From Candidatus Saccharimonadales bacterium (GTDB taxonomy: Bacteria; Patescibacteriota; Saccharimonadia; Saccharimonadales; OMJO01), in assembly GCA_035480035.1 (NCBI GenBank), contig DATIID010000001.1, forward strand, positions 9,323 to 73,322: 64,000 nt of DNA. Direction: 5' to 3'. The translations under genes and the position numbers were made by a program. Of this stretch, positions 36,306 to 45,924 are shown in pieces. The stretch's first letter is position 1; each line of letters starts with the position of its first letter. Below the pieces are notes generated by a model. That model saw only the letters and a list, made by a program, of their open reading frames with translations, was not told the origin of the DNA and searched no databases.

Positions 36306-39300
36306 ATGGACAACAATCCAATCGGCGGCGATGTCGCCGAACTTGAACTGCCGGGCTCCTCATCGCTTGAGGTTAGTACGACTATGCGCCCACTAAAGCA
36401 AGGCGGTAGTAAACGTTGGTTACTCGTCATGCTTGGCGCTGTAATTTTGCTGGTTGGTTTGATTAGTCTTATTTTTTGGCGGATTAATGCTCTTAACAAG
36501 AAAAATAATCAAGACCACAGTGCCAAAACCCAATCTATCAATTTAAGTAACTTATCATCAGTGGCCACACCATTTGAGACTGGCAATGTTGACAAGTTAG
36601 TGGTTAACGGTCAACTACAAGCCAATCAAGGTTTAGTCCTGACACCTACGACAAAACCGGATAATGCGGTACTTGGTCAAATCTATATCGATCAAGACAC
36701 AAACCAAATTCACTACTTTAGTGGTAACAATTTCGTTACCTTAGTAAACTCGCAAGACTTGGCGGCTTTGCAAGCTCAATTACAGCAAACCAGGAGTATT
36801 ACCGCGGTTACTAGTTTGCAAAATCAATCTGGAGCACTGACTCTATTGGGCGGTGGCGGACTGACGGTCGGCGTCAACGGCCACCAGCTTAGTCTTAACT
36901 TGCCGCAGAACCTGACTCAAACGGCCAGTCCAACTTTTAATGACTTGGCTTTAAGTGGAGTATTGTTCAGTAACACTTATTCGCACACTGGTAGCGGTCA
37001 CGACATTAACTTCAGTGCTGGCAATGATTCAATTACTTTTACAGCTAATGGTAAAACTTACATTTTACCTAACAGCGGTAGTGGTGTGCAGACCATTTGT
37101 ACCGATCAGGCTTTATGTCTAGTTGGCGGCGGCACAGCCGTTCTACTAGGTCCGCAAAATGCTCAGGCAGATGCGTCAACCAACTCCTCATTGTTTATTG
37201 ATAAGCAAAATTCCGGTAATCTTTTACAGTTGCAGCTAAATGGCAGCAATAAGATAGTGGTGGCTAACAGTGGTAATACAACCATTAGCGCCAATTTAAC
37301 AATTACCGGTGTGTTATCGGCCAACACAATAACACCAAGTGGTCCGCTAACTATCGGTACAACTGCTCAAACCTATAGTTTAGTTGGCGATCAAAGCTCA
37401 AGTATTGTCGCCCAAGATACCAACAACCACCGCGTAACGGTTGACTTCCAAGCTAGTGGTAGTGTCAATAATGACGTAACGTATTACTTTGATCGATCAA
37501 CTGCTGCTGGTAATTATGCGGTTTGTACCTCTGCAAACAACTGTTCAGCGGCATTAAATCAGGTAACGGCGCCAATTCAAGGAACGGCTACCTATATACC
37601 TAAGTTTACTGGCGGTCTGACTGTCGGCAACTCGGCTATTTCTGACAATGGCGCTACGGTTACCATTAACAGCGAGGATTTTAATGTAACTGGCGGCTCG
37701 ATTATTACTAATACAATTAGCTCGACTGGGGCCCTAACGATTGGTTCAACTGGTCAGGACTTTACCCTTCAAGGTAATATTGGCTCGGCCCTGACGATCG
37801 ATGATGGCGGTGGTAATACAACCGCTGTCGGTTTTGAAGCTCCAAGCGGTGCGAATACCATTACTTTTCCGGCTTTGACTGGCACAGTTTGTCTACTCGA
37901 GGCGGGTAATTGTAGCAGTAGTAGTAGCGTTTCGGCATCAGGTGGCAGTAACAACGGTTTTGTAGCTCTATTTACGTCTAACACCAATATTACGGCTTCG
38001 ATTTTAGCCCAAAGTGGTAGTGCACTTAGCACAACTGGCACGCTTTCAGTTGGCGGAGCTAGTCTAGAGGTTGGTACGGCTAGTACCACTGACGGCTCAA
38101 TTGTTCTACAAAATGCTAACAATGTCTTTACGACTTCAATTAGTGCACCAAATCAAAGCACTGGTAGCGGCACTGTATTTTTACCAGATACAGCAGGGTC
38201 AAACGACACGGTTTGTCTACTAGTTCTAGCTAACTGTAATGGCGGTGGCGGTGGGGCGGCCATAACCGGCGGCGGTAATGCTGGCACGATTGCACTATTT
38301 ACCGGCAGTGGTGCGAGTACGACGATTGGCGATTCCATATTAACGCAAAGTGGCGGGGCCTTAACAGTTGCTGGTGACACCTCTATCCAAGGCAACCTGA
38401 CATTCGGTAACGCCGATACTGTATTTACTAATAGCATTCAACAAACTGCTAATGGCCAAAACATGAGTATTAACGCTGGCGCTGATAGTTTGACCATAAC
38501 TACCGGTGCTGGTAGTCTGATATTTTCGGATGGCTCAAACAGTTTTACACTACCCACCACTGGTGGACTTAATCAAGTTATTTGTACTTCCGGTATTACT
38601 TGTGCGGCCGGTGGTGGCGTAGCCGTAACTTTGGGTCCAAACGACGGCTTTTCATCTCAAGCCCAAAGCGACCCCAGCGCTTATAATTCAATTTTTATAG
38701 ATAAGGCTAACGCTTCCGGCAATATACTGGATCTACAACGGGGTGGTACCGATGAGTTAGTAGTTGCTAATAACGGTGATACTACAATTGCTTCTACCTT
38801 AACGGTTCAATCGGCCGGCAGTCTAACTTTAGGCAACACCTCTGGCGCGGCCACTGGCTCGATTGGTTTTCGTAACGGTACCAACGGCAATGTCATAACT
38901 CTTCAAAATAGTTCAAGCGGTACCAATTATTCACTAACTCTGCCGACCGCAGTAGCTAGTGTCAATGGCGCTTGTTTAACTTCCGATACCAGCGGCAACT
39001 TGTCATTTACCGGTGCGGCTTGTGCTACTACCAGCGGTAGCGGTAGTTTCCTGGGCAAAAATATTAATGATACTTCCAGTTTTTCATTTGCTGGTAATCT
39101 CTACGGTTTTACCAACACTAATACCGGCGCCGCTGGCGTATTAAGTTTGACTAACTCCGGTACTAACAGTGCACTTAAAGTCGTCCAGGCCAGCGGTTCC
39201 AGTAATCCGGGTGGTGGCCAAGCCTTGATACTAGCCAACAACACCGCCACTACACCATCAGGTAACTTGATCGATCTGCAGGCCGGTGGCATTAGTAAAT

Positions 39301-41672
39301 TTAGCGTTGACGTCAATGGTGCGGTCACCGTCGCCAGTACTTATAACACCAACACCTTTAGCAGTTCTCAGTTAATCTTTGGTGCGGCTGGTACAGCCAG
39401 TGTTCAAAGTGCTGCCACTCGGGCCCTTAACTTGGTTGGTAATGCCACGTCAACTTTCTCGACTTCGTCTGGTGATGTAGCTTTAACGCCGGCTTCCGGA
39501 ACGGTTGACCTAACCTCAGCCACTCTAGTTAAGGCGAATGGCAATTTGACCATTAAAGCTGGTGGTACCAACACTCTTACTTTAGATACGGTTACGTCGG
39601 GCGGCGCTATCAACTTTAGTCAAAACACAACTGTAACTGGCACTAAGACCTTTACGGTAAATGGTGGTCTAACCACTCTCCAAGCTGGTTTAACCGCCAA
39701 TGGCGGCACGATTTCCCTAAACGCTAGTAGTAATAATGCCACCAACATTAATACCGGTACCAGCACCGGAGCAATCAATATTGGCAATAGTGCCAACGCT
39801 GGTGCGGTCTCAGTTCAAAGTGCCACTAGTGCCAATGTCGTAGTTGGTGCAAGTACCTACACCTTCCAAGGTGGTAGTGGCAATATTTGTACCTCAGCCA
39901 ATAACTGCAGTTATCAATCATCAGCTACTGCTTGTAACACATCGAATAACTGTAACGCCGTATTACTTAGTCCAGGTGCTGCCCAAAGCGGCTTTATTTC
40001 GATTAACAGCTCCCTAAATGCAGCATCGCTAAGTGTAAGTGGTGCAGTTGCTGGTGCTTCTCTGAGTATTAGCGGTTCGGGAACTATCAGTACCAACCTG
40101 ACAGTTAGTAATAATCTGACAGTTAATAATAACGCCACAGTTGCTAATAATCTGACCGTTGATAATATTAATGGCTCGCATCTTATATTTGTATTCCCCG
40201 CAACTTGTTTTGGTGGCTGTAATGCCTACATCTTAAATAGTGGACAAATTGCCGGAGTAGATATAGGTACCAGTACTGGTGATATTACCACGCTTACCGG
40301 TGGTACATATAACGGTGCAACTGTCGATAACACAAGCATTACCCTAAACAATGGTGTAAAGGTAATAACCCAAGGTGGATCAACAGCATCGTTACAGTGG
40401 AACAGTCATGCTGCTGAAATACGCAGTATTGGTGTGGTTCAGGTCACTACCAGCGGCGCCGTCCATCTTAAAGGCGATACCGATATCACGACTGATTCCA
40501 GTGGTGGTGGATCGGGTGCCCTAACAGCCGCTGGTACTATAACTGCTGGTGCCCGAATCGTAAGTGGCAATGGTTTAACAGCTAACGGTACTATTACCAG
40601 TGTAACCTTTGGGGCCGCATCTAATAAGGTAGCAGTTTGTCGTAACAGTGGTCAGTTAAACGCCTGTACCGGTGCACCGACATCTGACTACGCTGAGCTG
40701 TATCCGGTAGCTAGTGACGTAGTCACGGGTGATGTTGTTGAGCAAGGTGATACACAAGTACCAACTTATTTACCACACGATGATGGTTCAATCGACTGGG
40801 GCACAGTCCTGGGTACTACTAATCAAATGGTCAAATCTACCACTCCTTATAGTAGTAAATTGATTGGAGTTATGTCGGGTCCAGTCGACAAGACAGTTAC
40901 CCAGGGTTATAACATTAAGGCGGAGGACAATCCTAAACCGGTAGCTCTTAGTGGTCGTGTAGTCGTAAAGGTCACGACCGAAAATGGCTCGATTCAGCCT
41001 GGTGACTTCTTGACAGCTTCAGCAACTTTGCCAGGTTACGCCATGAAAGCTACCCATGCTGGCTATGTAATTGGCCAAGCTTTATCGTCATATAACGAGG
41101 CTTCACCGGGGTTAGTCATGGTCTTTGTTGGCACCCAGTATTATCCAGGCCCATCGGAAGGTGATCTTATTCAGAACGGTGGCGATGCCAACCTTGCTAA
41201 TCTGGCTCTGACCGGTGACCTAAACGTCTCCGGCCAAACCAAGCTGGCTAGCTTGTCAGTGACTGGTGCTACCACCTTAGCTCAGTTAACGGTTAGCGGT
41301 AGTGCTACCTTCAACGGTACACTTAGCATAAACGGCCATATTATCAGTAGTAACGTCAGTGGTACAACTACCGCAGTACTTGGTGCCGCGGCTTGTGCAT
41401 CACCGACCATCACGCTTAACGGTAATGATACCAGTGGTACAATCACCATTGTAACTGGTACCGGTTGCTCGATTAGCGGGGTACTAGCGACGGTGGACTT
41501 TGCCAACGCCTTTGGAGCTAGCCCCCGAGTGGTCTTATCGCCAGCCGAAACTAACGCCGCCAAACTTCAATACTTCAACGGTAGCGCCACTAGCTCAAGC
41601 TTTACAATCGATACTAACACCGTACCAACCGGTTCAACGACCTACAAGTACAACTACTTTGTCGTTCAATAA
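36306..41672 (+). CDS. giant (1788 aa) membrane-anchored repetitive surface protein
   Basis: N-terminal TM (WLLVMLGAVILLVGLISLIFW) followed by ~1700 aa rich in G/T/S/N/A with beta-helix-like repeats. Seven short Cys-loop motifs are present. A ~125-aa module is duplicated internally. The C-terminal domain ends KYNYFVVQ. Confidence 0.8.
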   Translation: MDNNPIGGDVAELELPGSSSLEVSTTMRPLKQGGSKRWLLVMLGAVILLVGLISLIFWRINALNKKNNQDHSAKTQSINLSNLSSVATPFETGNVDKLVVNGQLQANQGLVLTPTTKPDNAVLGQIYIDQDTNQIHYFSGNNFVTLVNSQDLAALQAQLQQTRSITAVTSLQNQSGALTLLGGGGLTVGVNGHQLSLNLPQNLTQTASPTFNDLALSGVLFSNTYSHTGSGHDINFSAGNDSITFTANGKTYILPNSGSGVQTICTDQALCLVGGGTAVLLGPQNAQADASTNSSLFIDKQNSGNLLQLQLNGSNKIVVANSGNTTISANLTITGVLSANTITPSGPLTIGTTAQTYSLVGDQSSSIVAQDTNNHRVTVDFQASGSVNNDVTYYFDRSTAAGNYAVCTSANNCSAALNQVTAPIQGTATYIPKFTGGLTVGNSAISDNGATVTINSEDFNVTGGSIITNTISSTGALTIGSTGQDFTLQGNIGSALTIDDGGGNTTAVGFEAPSGANTITFPALTGTVCLLEAGNCSSSSSVSASGGSNNGFVALFTSNTNITASILAQSGSALSTTGTLSVGGASLEVGTASTTDGSIVLQNANNVFTTSISAPNQSTGSGTVFLPDTAGSNDTVCLLVLANCNGGGGGAAITGGGNAGTIALFTGSGASTTIGDSILTQSGGALTVAGDTSIQGNLTFGNADTVFTNSIQQTANGQNMSINAGADSLTITTGAGSLIFSDGSNSFTLPTTGGLNQVICTSGITCAAGGGVAVTLGPNDGFSSQAQSDPSAYNSIFIDKANASGNILDLQRGGTDELVVANNGDTTIASTLTVQSAGSLTLGNTSGAATGSIGFRNGTNGNVITLQNSSSGTNYSLTLPTAVASVNGACLTSDTSGNLSFTGAACATTSGSGSFLGKNINDTSSFSFAGNLYGFTNTNTGAAGVLSLTNSGTNSALKVVQASGSSNPGGGQALILANNTATTPSGNLIDLQAGGISKFSVDVNGAVTVASTYNTNTFSSSQLIFGAAGTASVQSAATRALNLVGNATSTFSTSSGDVALTPASGTVDLTSATLVKANGNLTIKAGGTNTLTLDTVTSGGAINFSQNTTVTGTKTFTVNGGLTTLQAGLTANGGTISLNASSNNATNINTGTSTGAINIGNSANAGAVSVQSATSANVVVGASTYTFQGGSGNICTSANNCSYQSSATACNTSNNCNAVLLSPGAAQSGFISINSSLNAASLSVSGAVAGASLSISGSGTISTNLTVSNNLTVNNNATVANNLTVDNINGSHLIFVFPATCFGGCNAYILNSGQIAGVDIGTSTGDITTLTGGTYNGATVDNTSITLNNGVKVITQGGSTASLQWNSHAAEIRSIGVVQVTTSGAVHLKGDTDITTDSSGGGSGALTAAGTITAGARIVSGNGLTANGTITSVTFGAASNKVAVCRNSGQLNACTGAPTSDYAELYPVASDVVTGDVVEQGDTQVPTYLPHDDGSIDWGTVLGTTNQMVKSTTPYSSKLIGVMSGPVDKTVTQGYNIKAEDNPKPVALSGRVVVKVTTENGSIQPGDFLTASATLPGYAMKATHAGYVIGQALSSYNEASPGLVMVFVGTQYYPGPSEGDLIQNGGDANLANLALTGDLNVSGQTKLASLSVTGATTLAQLTVSGSATFNGTLSINGHIISSNVSGTTTAVLGAAACASPTITLNGNDTSGTITIVTGTGCSISGVLATVDFANAFGASPRVVLSPAETNAAKLQYFNGSATSSSFTIDTNTVPTGSTTYKYNYFVVQ
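36948..37310 (+). repeat. intragenic protein-level repeat, copy 1 (aa ~215-335 of giant protein)
   Basis: ...INFSAGNDSITFTANGKTYILPNSGSGVQTICTDQALCLVGGGTAVLLGPQNA...SSLFIDKQNSGNLLQLQLNGSNKIVVANSGNTTISANLTITG is collinear with copy 2. Confidence 0.6.
38388..38813 (+). repeat. intragenic protein-level repeat, copy 2 (aa ~695-836 of giant protein)
   Basis: ...MSINAGADSLTITTGAGSLIFSDGSNSFTLPTTGGLNQVICTSGITCAAGGGVAVTLGPNDG...NSIFIDKANASGNILDLQRGGTDELVVANNGDTTIASTLTVQS. Diverged at the DNA level. Confidence 0.6.
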
Positions 41673-41837
41673 AATGACAATATTCTAGTATTTTGCGACA
41701 TGGCATTTTAGTCAGTTGGCTGAAGCAACTTAGCTTTAAATCAAGTCCAAAAACACTGATTTAACTTATTGGTTAATTTACGAATGCCTGTGAAAATGTT
41801 AATCTATAGTTATAACTTAGAGGGAAAAAACGAATAC

Positions 41838-42596
41838 GTGAAACGCATTATTGCGGTACTTAACCAAAAAGGTGGGGTGGGCAAAACCACTACGGCTATC
41901 AACGTGGCGGCTTATTTATCTCGGTCCGGCCAGAATGTTCTACTGGTTGATTTTGATCCGCAGGGCAACGCCACCAGTGGGCTGGGTATCGATAAATCAA
42001 CCATCAATGCTGGCATGTACGATTTATTAGTTGGCGGCATGCCAGCTGAAAAAGCCGTGTTGGAAACCAATGTGCCAAGACTACACCTCTTACCAACTAA
42101 CGCTAAACTGGCAAATGCCGAAGTCGAACTGGTCAATCATGATCAGCGTGAAATGCAACTTGCTCGAGTTCTGCAAAACTTCACTCAGGATGTAATTATT
42201 ATTGATTGCCCACCAGCTCTTGGTTTATTAACAATCAATGCGTTAGCGGCTGCCGATTGGTTGTTGATTCCAGTTCAGGCAGAATATTATGCGCTAGAAG
42301 GTTTAGGGCAGTTACTGGAAGTATTTCAATCAGTCAAACAAAGTCTTAATCCCAGGCTTGAAATTCTGGGTGTGGTGGTAACCATGCACGACAAGCGTAC
42401 CAGCTTGGCCGGTCAAGTCAGTCAGGAACTTCATAAGTACTTTGGCGATAAAGTCTTCGCCACAGTAATCCCGCGAAACATTCGTCTGGCCGAAGCACCT
42501 AGTTTCGGCAAGCCAATTATGGAACATGATAAATGGTCAAAAGGCGCCAGAGCCTATAAAAGCTTGTCGAAGGAGTTAATGAAATGGCTCAATTAA
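41838..42596 (+). CDS. parA: chromosome partitioning ATPase ParA/Soj
   Basis: Deviant Walker A (NQKGGVGKTTTAIN), then DFDPQGNAT and IDCPP. Start set at GTG 41838 (VKRIIAVLNQKGG). ATGs at 41796 and 41769 are alternatives. Confidence 0.85.
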   Translation: MKRIIAVLNQKGGVGKTTTAINVAAYLSRSGQNVLLVDFDPQGNATSGLGIDKSTINAGMYDLLVGGMPAEKAVLETNVPRLHLLPTNAKLANAEVELVNHDQREMQLARVLQNFTQDVIIIDCPPALGLLTINALAAADWLLIPVQAEYYALEGLGQLLEVFQSVKQSLNPRLEILGVVVTMHDKRTSLAGQVSQELHKYFGDKVFATVIPRNIRLAEAPSFGKPIMEHDKWSKGARAYKSLSKELMKWLN

Positions 42597-43456
42597 ATAA
42601 GGGTTTGGGCAAAAGCTTCGGTAGTTTAATACCAACCGATTTTGATAAATCCTTATTAATGGACGCTGGTGAGCGTATACAAAACATACTCATTAGTGAC
42701 ATTAAGCCAAATCCTGATCAACCGAGACGTACATTTGAAAAAATAGCCCTGGTTGAATTATCTAGTTCAATTAAACAATTTGGTGTTCTACAACCAATAA
42801 TATTAGTACCAGTTGGCGATAATGAATACAAAATTGTTTCAGGTGAACGTCGTTGGCGAGCTGCTCAGCTGGCCGGACTTGAAAAAATACCAGCCATTGT
42901 TCGGTTGGAAGAACAGCTTCGGCAACTCGAAATTGCCTTAATTGAAAATGTTCAAAGGGTAGATTTGTCGCCTTTAGAGCAAGCGACTTCAATCGAACGC
43001 TTACATCATCAGTTTAATCTGACCTATGCCCAGATCGCCGAACGCTTAGGCAAGGCCGTTACCACGCTTAATAACATCGTGCGATTGCTCCAGTTGCCAA
43101 CTGAAGCCCGTCAGGCCCTAGAGGCTGGCCAAATTACTGAAGGTCACGCTAGAGCTATCCTAGCACTGAAGGATATGCCAGATCAGCAAGACAATTTACT
43201 CAAACTGATCAAAAGTCGTAACTGGTCGGTTCGACAAGCCGAACAGTACGTTCGCAGCCATCGTGAAGGCATTGTTAAGCCGCAAGCGGTTAGTCGTCAG
43301 ATGTCCAAGGAAACTCCCGAAACTAAAGTTTTGTCGAGTCGTCTTGAAGCGCCGGTATCGCTTTATCGTACCGCTAAAGGCGGACGTCTAGAAATTCACT
43401 TTTCCTCCGAAGAGCAACTAAAAAAACTGTTTCAAGTCTTCAAAAATCTTAAATAA
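42584..43456 (+). CDS. parB: chromosome partitioning protein ParB/Spo0J
   Basis: PNPDQPRR, VSGERRWRAAQLAGL and an HTH (YAQIAERLGKAVTTLNNIVRLL). Overlaps the end of parA by 13 nt. Confidence 0.85.
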   Translation: MAQLNKGLGKSFGSLIPTDFDKSLLMDAGERIQNILISDIKPNPDQPRRTFEKIALVELSSSIKQFGVLQPIILVPVGDNEYKIVSGERRWRAAQLAGLEKIPAIVRLEEQLRQLEIALIENVQRVDLSPLEQATSIERLHHQFNLTYAQIAERLGKAVTTLNNIVRLLQLPTEARQALEAGQITEGHARAILALKDMPDQQDNLLKLIKSRNWSVRQAEQYVRSHREGIVKPQAVSRQMSKETPETKVLSSRLEAPVSLYRTAKGGRLEIHFSSEEQLKKLFQVFKNLK

Positions 43457-43458
43457 AT

Positions 43459-44184
43459 TTAGAACGACTCAGCTTTTGACAGTGGATAGATGCGAAATGA
43501 TAATTTACCGATGATGCCACTAGCTGGCACGGTGCCGAATGCTCGTGAATCCAAGGAGTTGTCCCGGTTATCACCACAAACAAACACTTCGTTAGATTGG
43601 ACGGTGACATCAATATCATTGGCTGAGCTGGTAGTATGAATTACTGAAGCCCATTTAGAACCAACGTCTGGATTAAAGCCGTTAGGATAATCCTTGTTAT
43701 AGATGGTAATATGACCGCCGGCAACCACGACTCGATCACCAGGTACACCGATCACTCGTTTAATCAGCTGCTTGTCGCCCAGATTATAAGTGTCAGTCAG
43801 GCCTTTTTTAACGAATATAATAATGTTGCCACGATTTGGTATATAGTCACGGCCTTCAATTCGCGCCATAGTTTTGGGTAACTTGTCGACAATTAAACGG
43901 TCGTGGTCTTGCAGAGTACTCTCCATACTTGGACCATCTACTTCATAGGATTGAAAGACGAAGTTAATCAGTAGTAGGGCAACCAAAGGGGCGGCGACTA
44001 AGATCACGATTGTCGAAACAATACTTCGCCAACTCTCTTTTTGAGGATCTTTGGAATCGACGACCTTGACGTTTGAATCAGGATTATCAGCTAGTGGATC
44101 GCTAACTGACGGCACCATGGCATTGACCGGTTCAGCCGGGCTGGCAGCGTGATTATCACGCGGTGAAACATCTTGGGGCATCAT
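43459..44184 (-). CDS. lepB: signal peptidase I
   Basis: TM anchor followed by VDGPSMESTL (Ser box), KRVIGVPGD and GDNRDNSLDSR (S26 boxes). Confidence 0.85.
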   Translation of the reverse strand: MMPQDVSPRDNHAASPAEPVNAMVPSVSDPLADNPDSNVKVVDSKDPQKESWRSIVSTIVILVAAPLVALLLINFVFQSYEVDGPSMESTLQDHDRLIVDKLPKTMARIEGRDYIPNRGNIIIFVKKGLTDTYNLGDKQLIKRVIGVPGDRVVVAGGHITIYNKDYPNGFNPDVGSKWASVIHTTSSANDIDVTVQSNEVFVCGDNRDNSLDSRAFGTVPASGIIGKLSFRIYPLSKAESF

Positions 44185-44271
44185 ATTCAGGCCTTAACTA
44201 TAACTTATTTTTAGTTGGTTGCACATGGTTTACGTGCCAGTTAAAAGTCGGGTATACTAGCTATCACGCAT

Positions 44272-45924
44272 ATGGATAATTTTAGAAATAAACATAAGGC
44301 CGGCGCTAGTCGGTTTCGGACGGTCGATGGCATTATCTCTTATCGACCCGTCCAAGGCTCTAAACCTTCAGACTCTTCAAAACCACGTCACCCACAGACC
44401 CTTAATACTGACTCACCATTAGGTAATTTCCGACAAACCGAAGGCTTTCACGCCTATAAACAGGGTAATATCGGTACCCCTGTGACGCCGGGGCAACTAG
44501 CCGGTAAAGTTAGTAATCGGCCCGGTATGACAATTGATCTACCCGAAGAAGGCAAACATGCCAAAAAAGCTAAGAAAAAACGTGGCCGATGGTCAAACTG
44601 GTCGTGGCGTAAGCGTTTGATGGTATCGTCTAGCGGTATTCTGATATTGCTAGTGGCTGTCGTTGGCTTTTTGTTTGCCAAGGGCTATATCAAACTACAT
44701 AACGTCTTAAGGGGCGGTGGTGGTGCGGCAGCACTCCAGAAAAACGTCGATCCTAATCGTTTGCGTGGTGAGGGAGATGGACGAGTTAATATCCTAATGT
44801 TAGGGCGCGGTGGTGATGGCCATGCTGGCCCCGATCTTACCGACACCATTCTGGTCGCTAGTATTGATCCAGTTCAAAAAGAAGCTGCGTTGCTTAGTAT
44901 CCCGCGTGATTTGTATGTCAAAAATTCATACGGAGGTCATGTTAAAATTAACGAAATTTACGCCGATGCCAAATACGCCGTACTAAACGGTCGTAAGATT
45001 CCAAATCAAAAACAAGCGGCCGAAGATGCCGGCTTTAAAGCTATCGAATCCACTGTATCGGCGACTATGGGCATACCGATTCACTACCATGTACTTGTTG
45101 ATTTCAAAGCTTTTCGCGATGCCGTTAACACCGTTGGCGGGGTTGACTTAAACGTCACCACGTCACTATATGAAGTCCAGTGGCTTGAAGATATTCACCG
45201 CAACTATGTTTTGAATGTACCAGTTGGCCATCAGCACTTTGATGGCGTTAGGGCGCTAGCTTATGCCCGGTCACGTCACACCAGCCCACGCGGCGACTTT
45301 GACCGTACCGAGCGTCAACGTGCGCTTCTAGTCGCTTTGAAAGAGAAGGTTTTCTCGCTCGGTACTTATAGCAACCCCGTCAAAATCTCACAACTGCTCG
45401 ACGCCTTCGGCAACCACGTGGAGACTAATTTAAGCACTAAGGACGTTCAGCGCCTGTACGAGATTGGCAAGGAGTTCAACTCTAGCAAAGTTCAGTCGGT
45501 GGGACTGGCCGATCCGCCAAACAACTACGTTAAAACCGCATTCATGAATGGCCTTTCAGTAGTTATCCCAACCGCCGGCCTCGATGACTACTCTAAGATT
45601 CAAAGCTATGTTCGCAACACCTTAAAAGACAGCTTTATTAAGAATGAAAATGCCAATATAACCGTTCTAAATGGTACCAATGTGCCAGGTCTAGCGACGC
45701 AAAAAGCCAATGAGCTGAAATCCTATGGTTATAACGTTGGCACTGTTGGTGATGCGCCAACCAAAAATTACAAGAAGACCATTTTGGTTGATTTAACTAA
45801 AGGCGTTAAAAAATACACTAAACACTACCTTGAACTACGCTTCGGTGTGACAGCGGTGACCAAGTTGCCGACCTCGGCTATCAGCCCTGGCTCAGCCGAC
45901 TTTGTTATAATACTTGGGCAATAA
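44272..45924 (+). CDS. LCP (LytR-CpsA-Psr) family cell-wall glycopolymer transferase with LytR_C domain
   Basis: TM anchor, then NILMLGRGGDG...DTILVASIDP...LLSIPRD, RSRH...GDFDRTERQR, and a C-terminal ITVLNGTNVPGLA (LytR_C-like). Confidence 0.85.
   Translation: MDNFRNKHKAGASRFRTVDGIISYRPVQGSKPSDSSKPRHPQTLNTDSPLGNFRQTEGFHAYKQGNIGTPVTPGQLAGKVSNRPGMTIDLPEEGKHAKKAKKKRGRWSNWSWRKRLMVSSSGILILLVAVVGFLFAKGYIKLHNVLRGGGGAAALQKNVDPNRLRGEGDGRVNILMLGRGGDGHAGPDLTDTILVASIDPVQKEAALLSIPRDLYVKNSYGGHVKINEIYADAKYAVLNGRKIPNQKQAAEDAGFKAIESTVSATMGIPIHYHVLVDFKAFRDAVNTVGGVDLNVTTSLYEVQWLEDIHRNYVLNVPVGHQHFDGVRALAYARSRHTSPRGDFDRTERQRALLVALKEKVFSLGTYSNPVKISQLLDAFGNHVETNLSTKDVQRLYEIGKEFNSSKVQSVGLADPPNNYVKTAFMNGLSVVIPTAGLDDYSKIQSYVRNTLKDSFIKNENANITVLNGTNVPGLATQKANELKSYGYNVGTVGDAPTKNYKKTILVDLTKGVKKYTKHYLELRFGVTAVTKLPTSAISPGSADFVIILGQ

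Noticed and set aside
36948-38813. The duplicated module in the giant gene, considered as a diversity-generating retroelement template/variable repeat pair.
   Set aside because: No reverse transcriptase gene is in the window. The copies are diverged throughout at the DNA level rather than differing at adenine-specific positions.
36212-41688. Numerous 60-117-aa ORFs antisense to or out of frame with the giant gene (e.g. 36212..36499, 37769..38122, 38153..38437, 39101..39328, 39404..39613, 39914..40138, 41282..41563, 41500..41688).
   Set aside because: All lie inside the uninterrupted 5.4-kb ORF. They translate to low-complexity P/L/A/V-rich strings, as expected from the reverse complement of G/T/S/N-rich coding sequence, and lack start-site signals.
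41831-41846. Possible parS site (ACGTGAAACG) at the parA start. Also scattered DnaA-box-like 7-8/9 matches (e.g. TTATCCGCA at ~33112, TGTGGAAAA at ~36205).
   Set aside because: Only one half of the 16-bp parS palindrome TGTTTCACGTGAAACA is present. The DnaA-like matches are isolated, mostly intragenic and not clustered, so no origin or parS call is justified.
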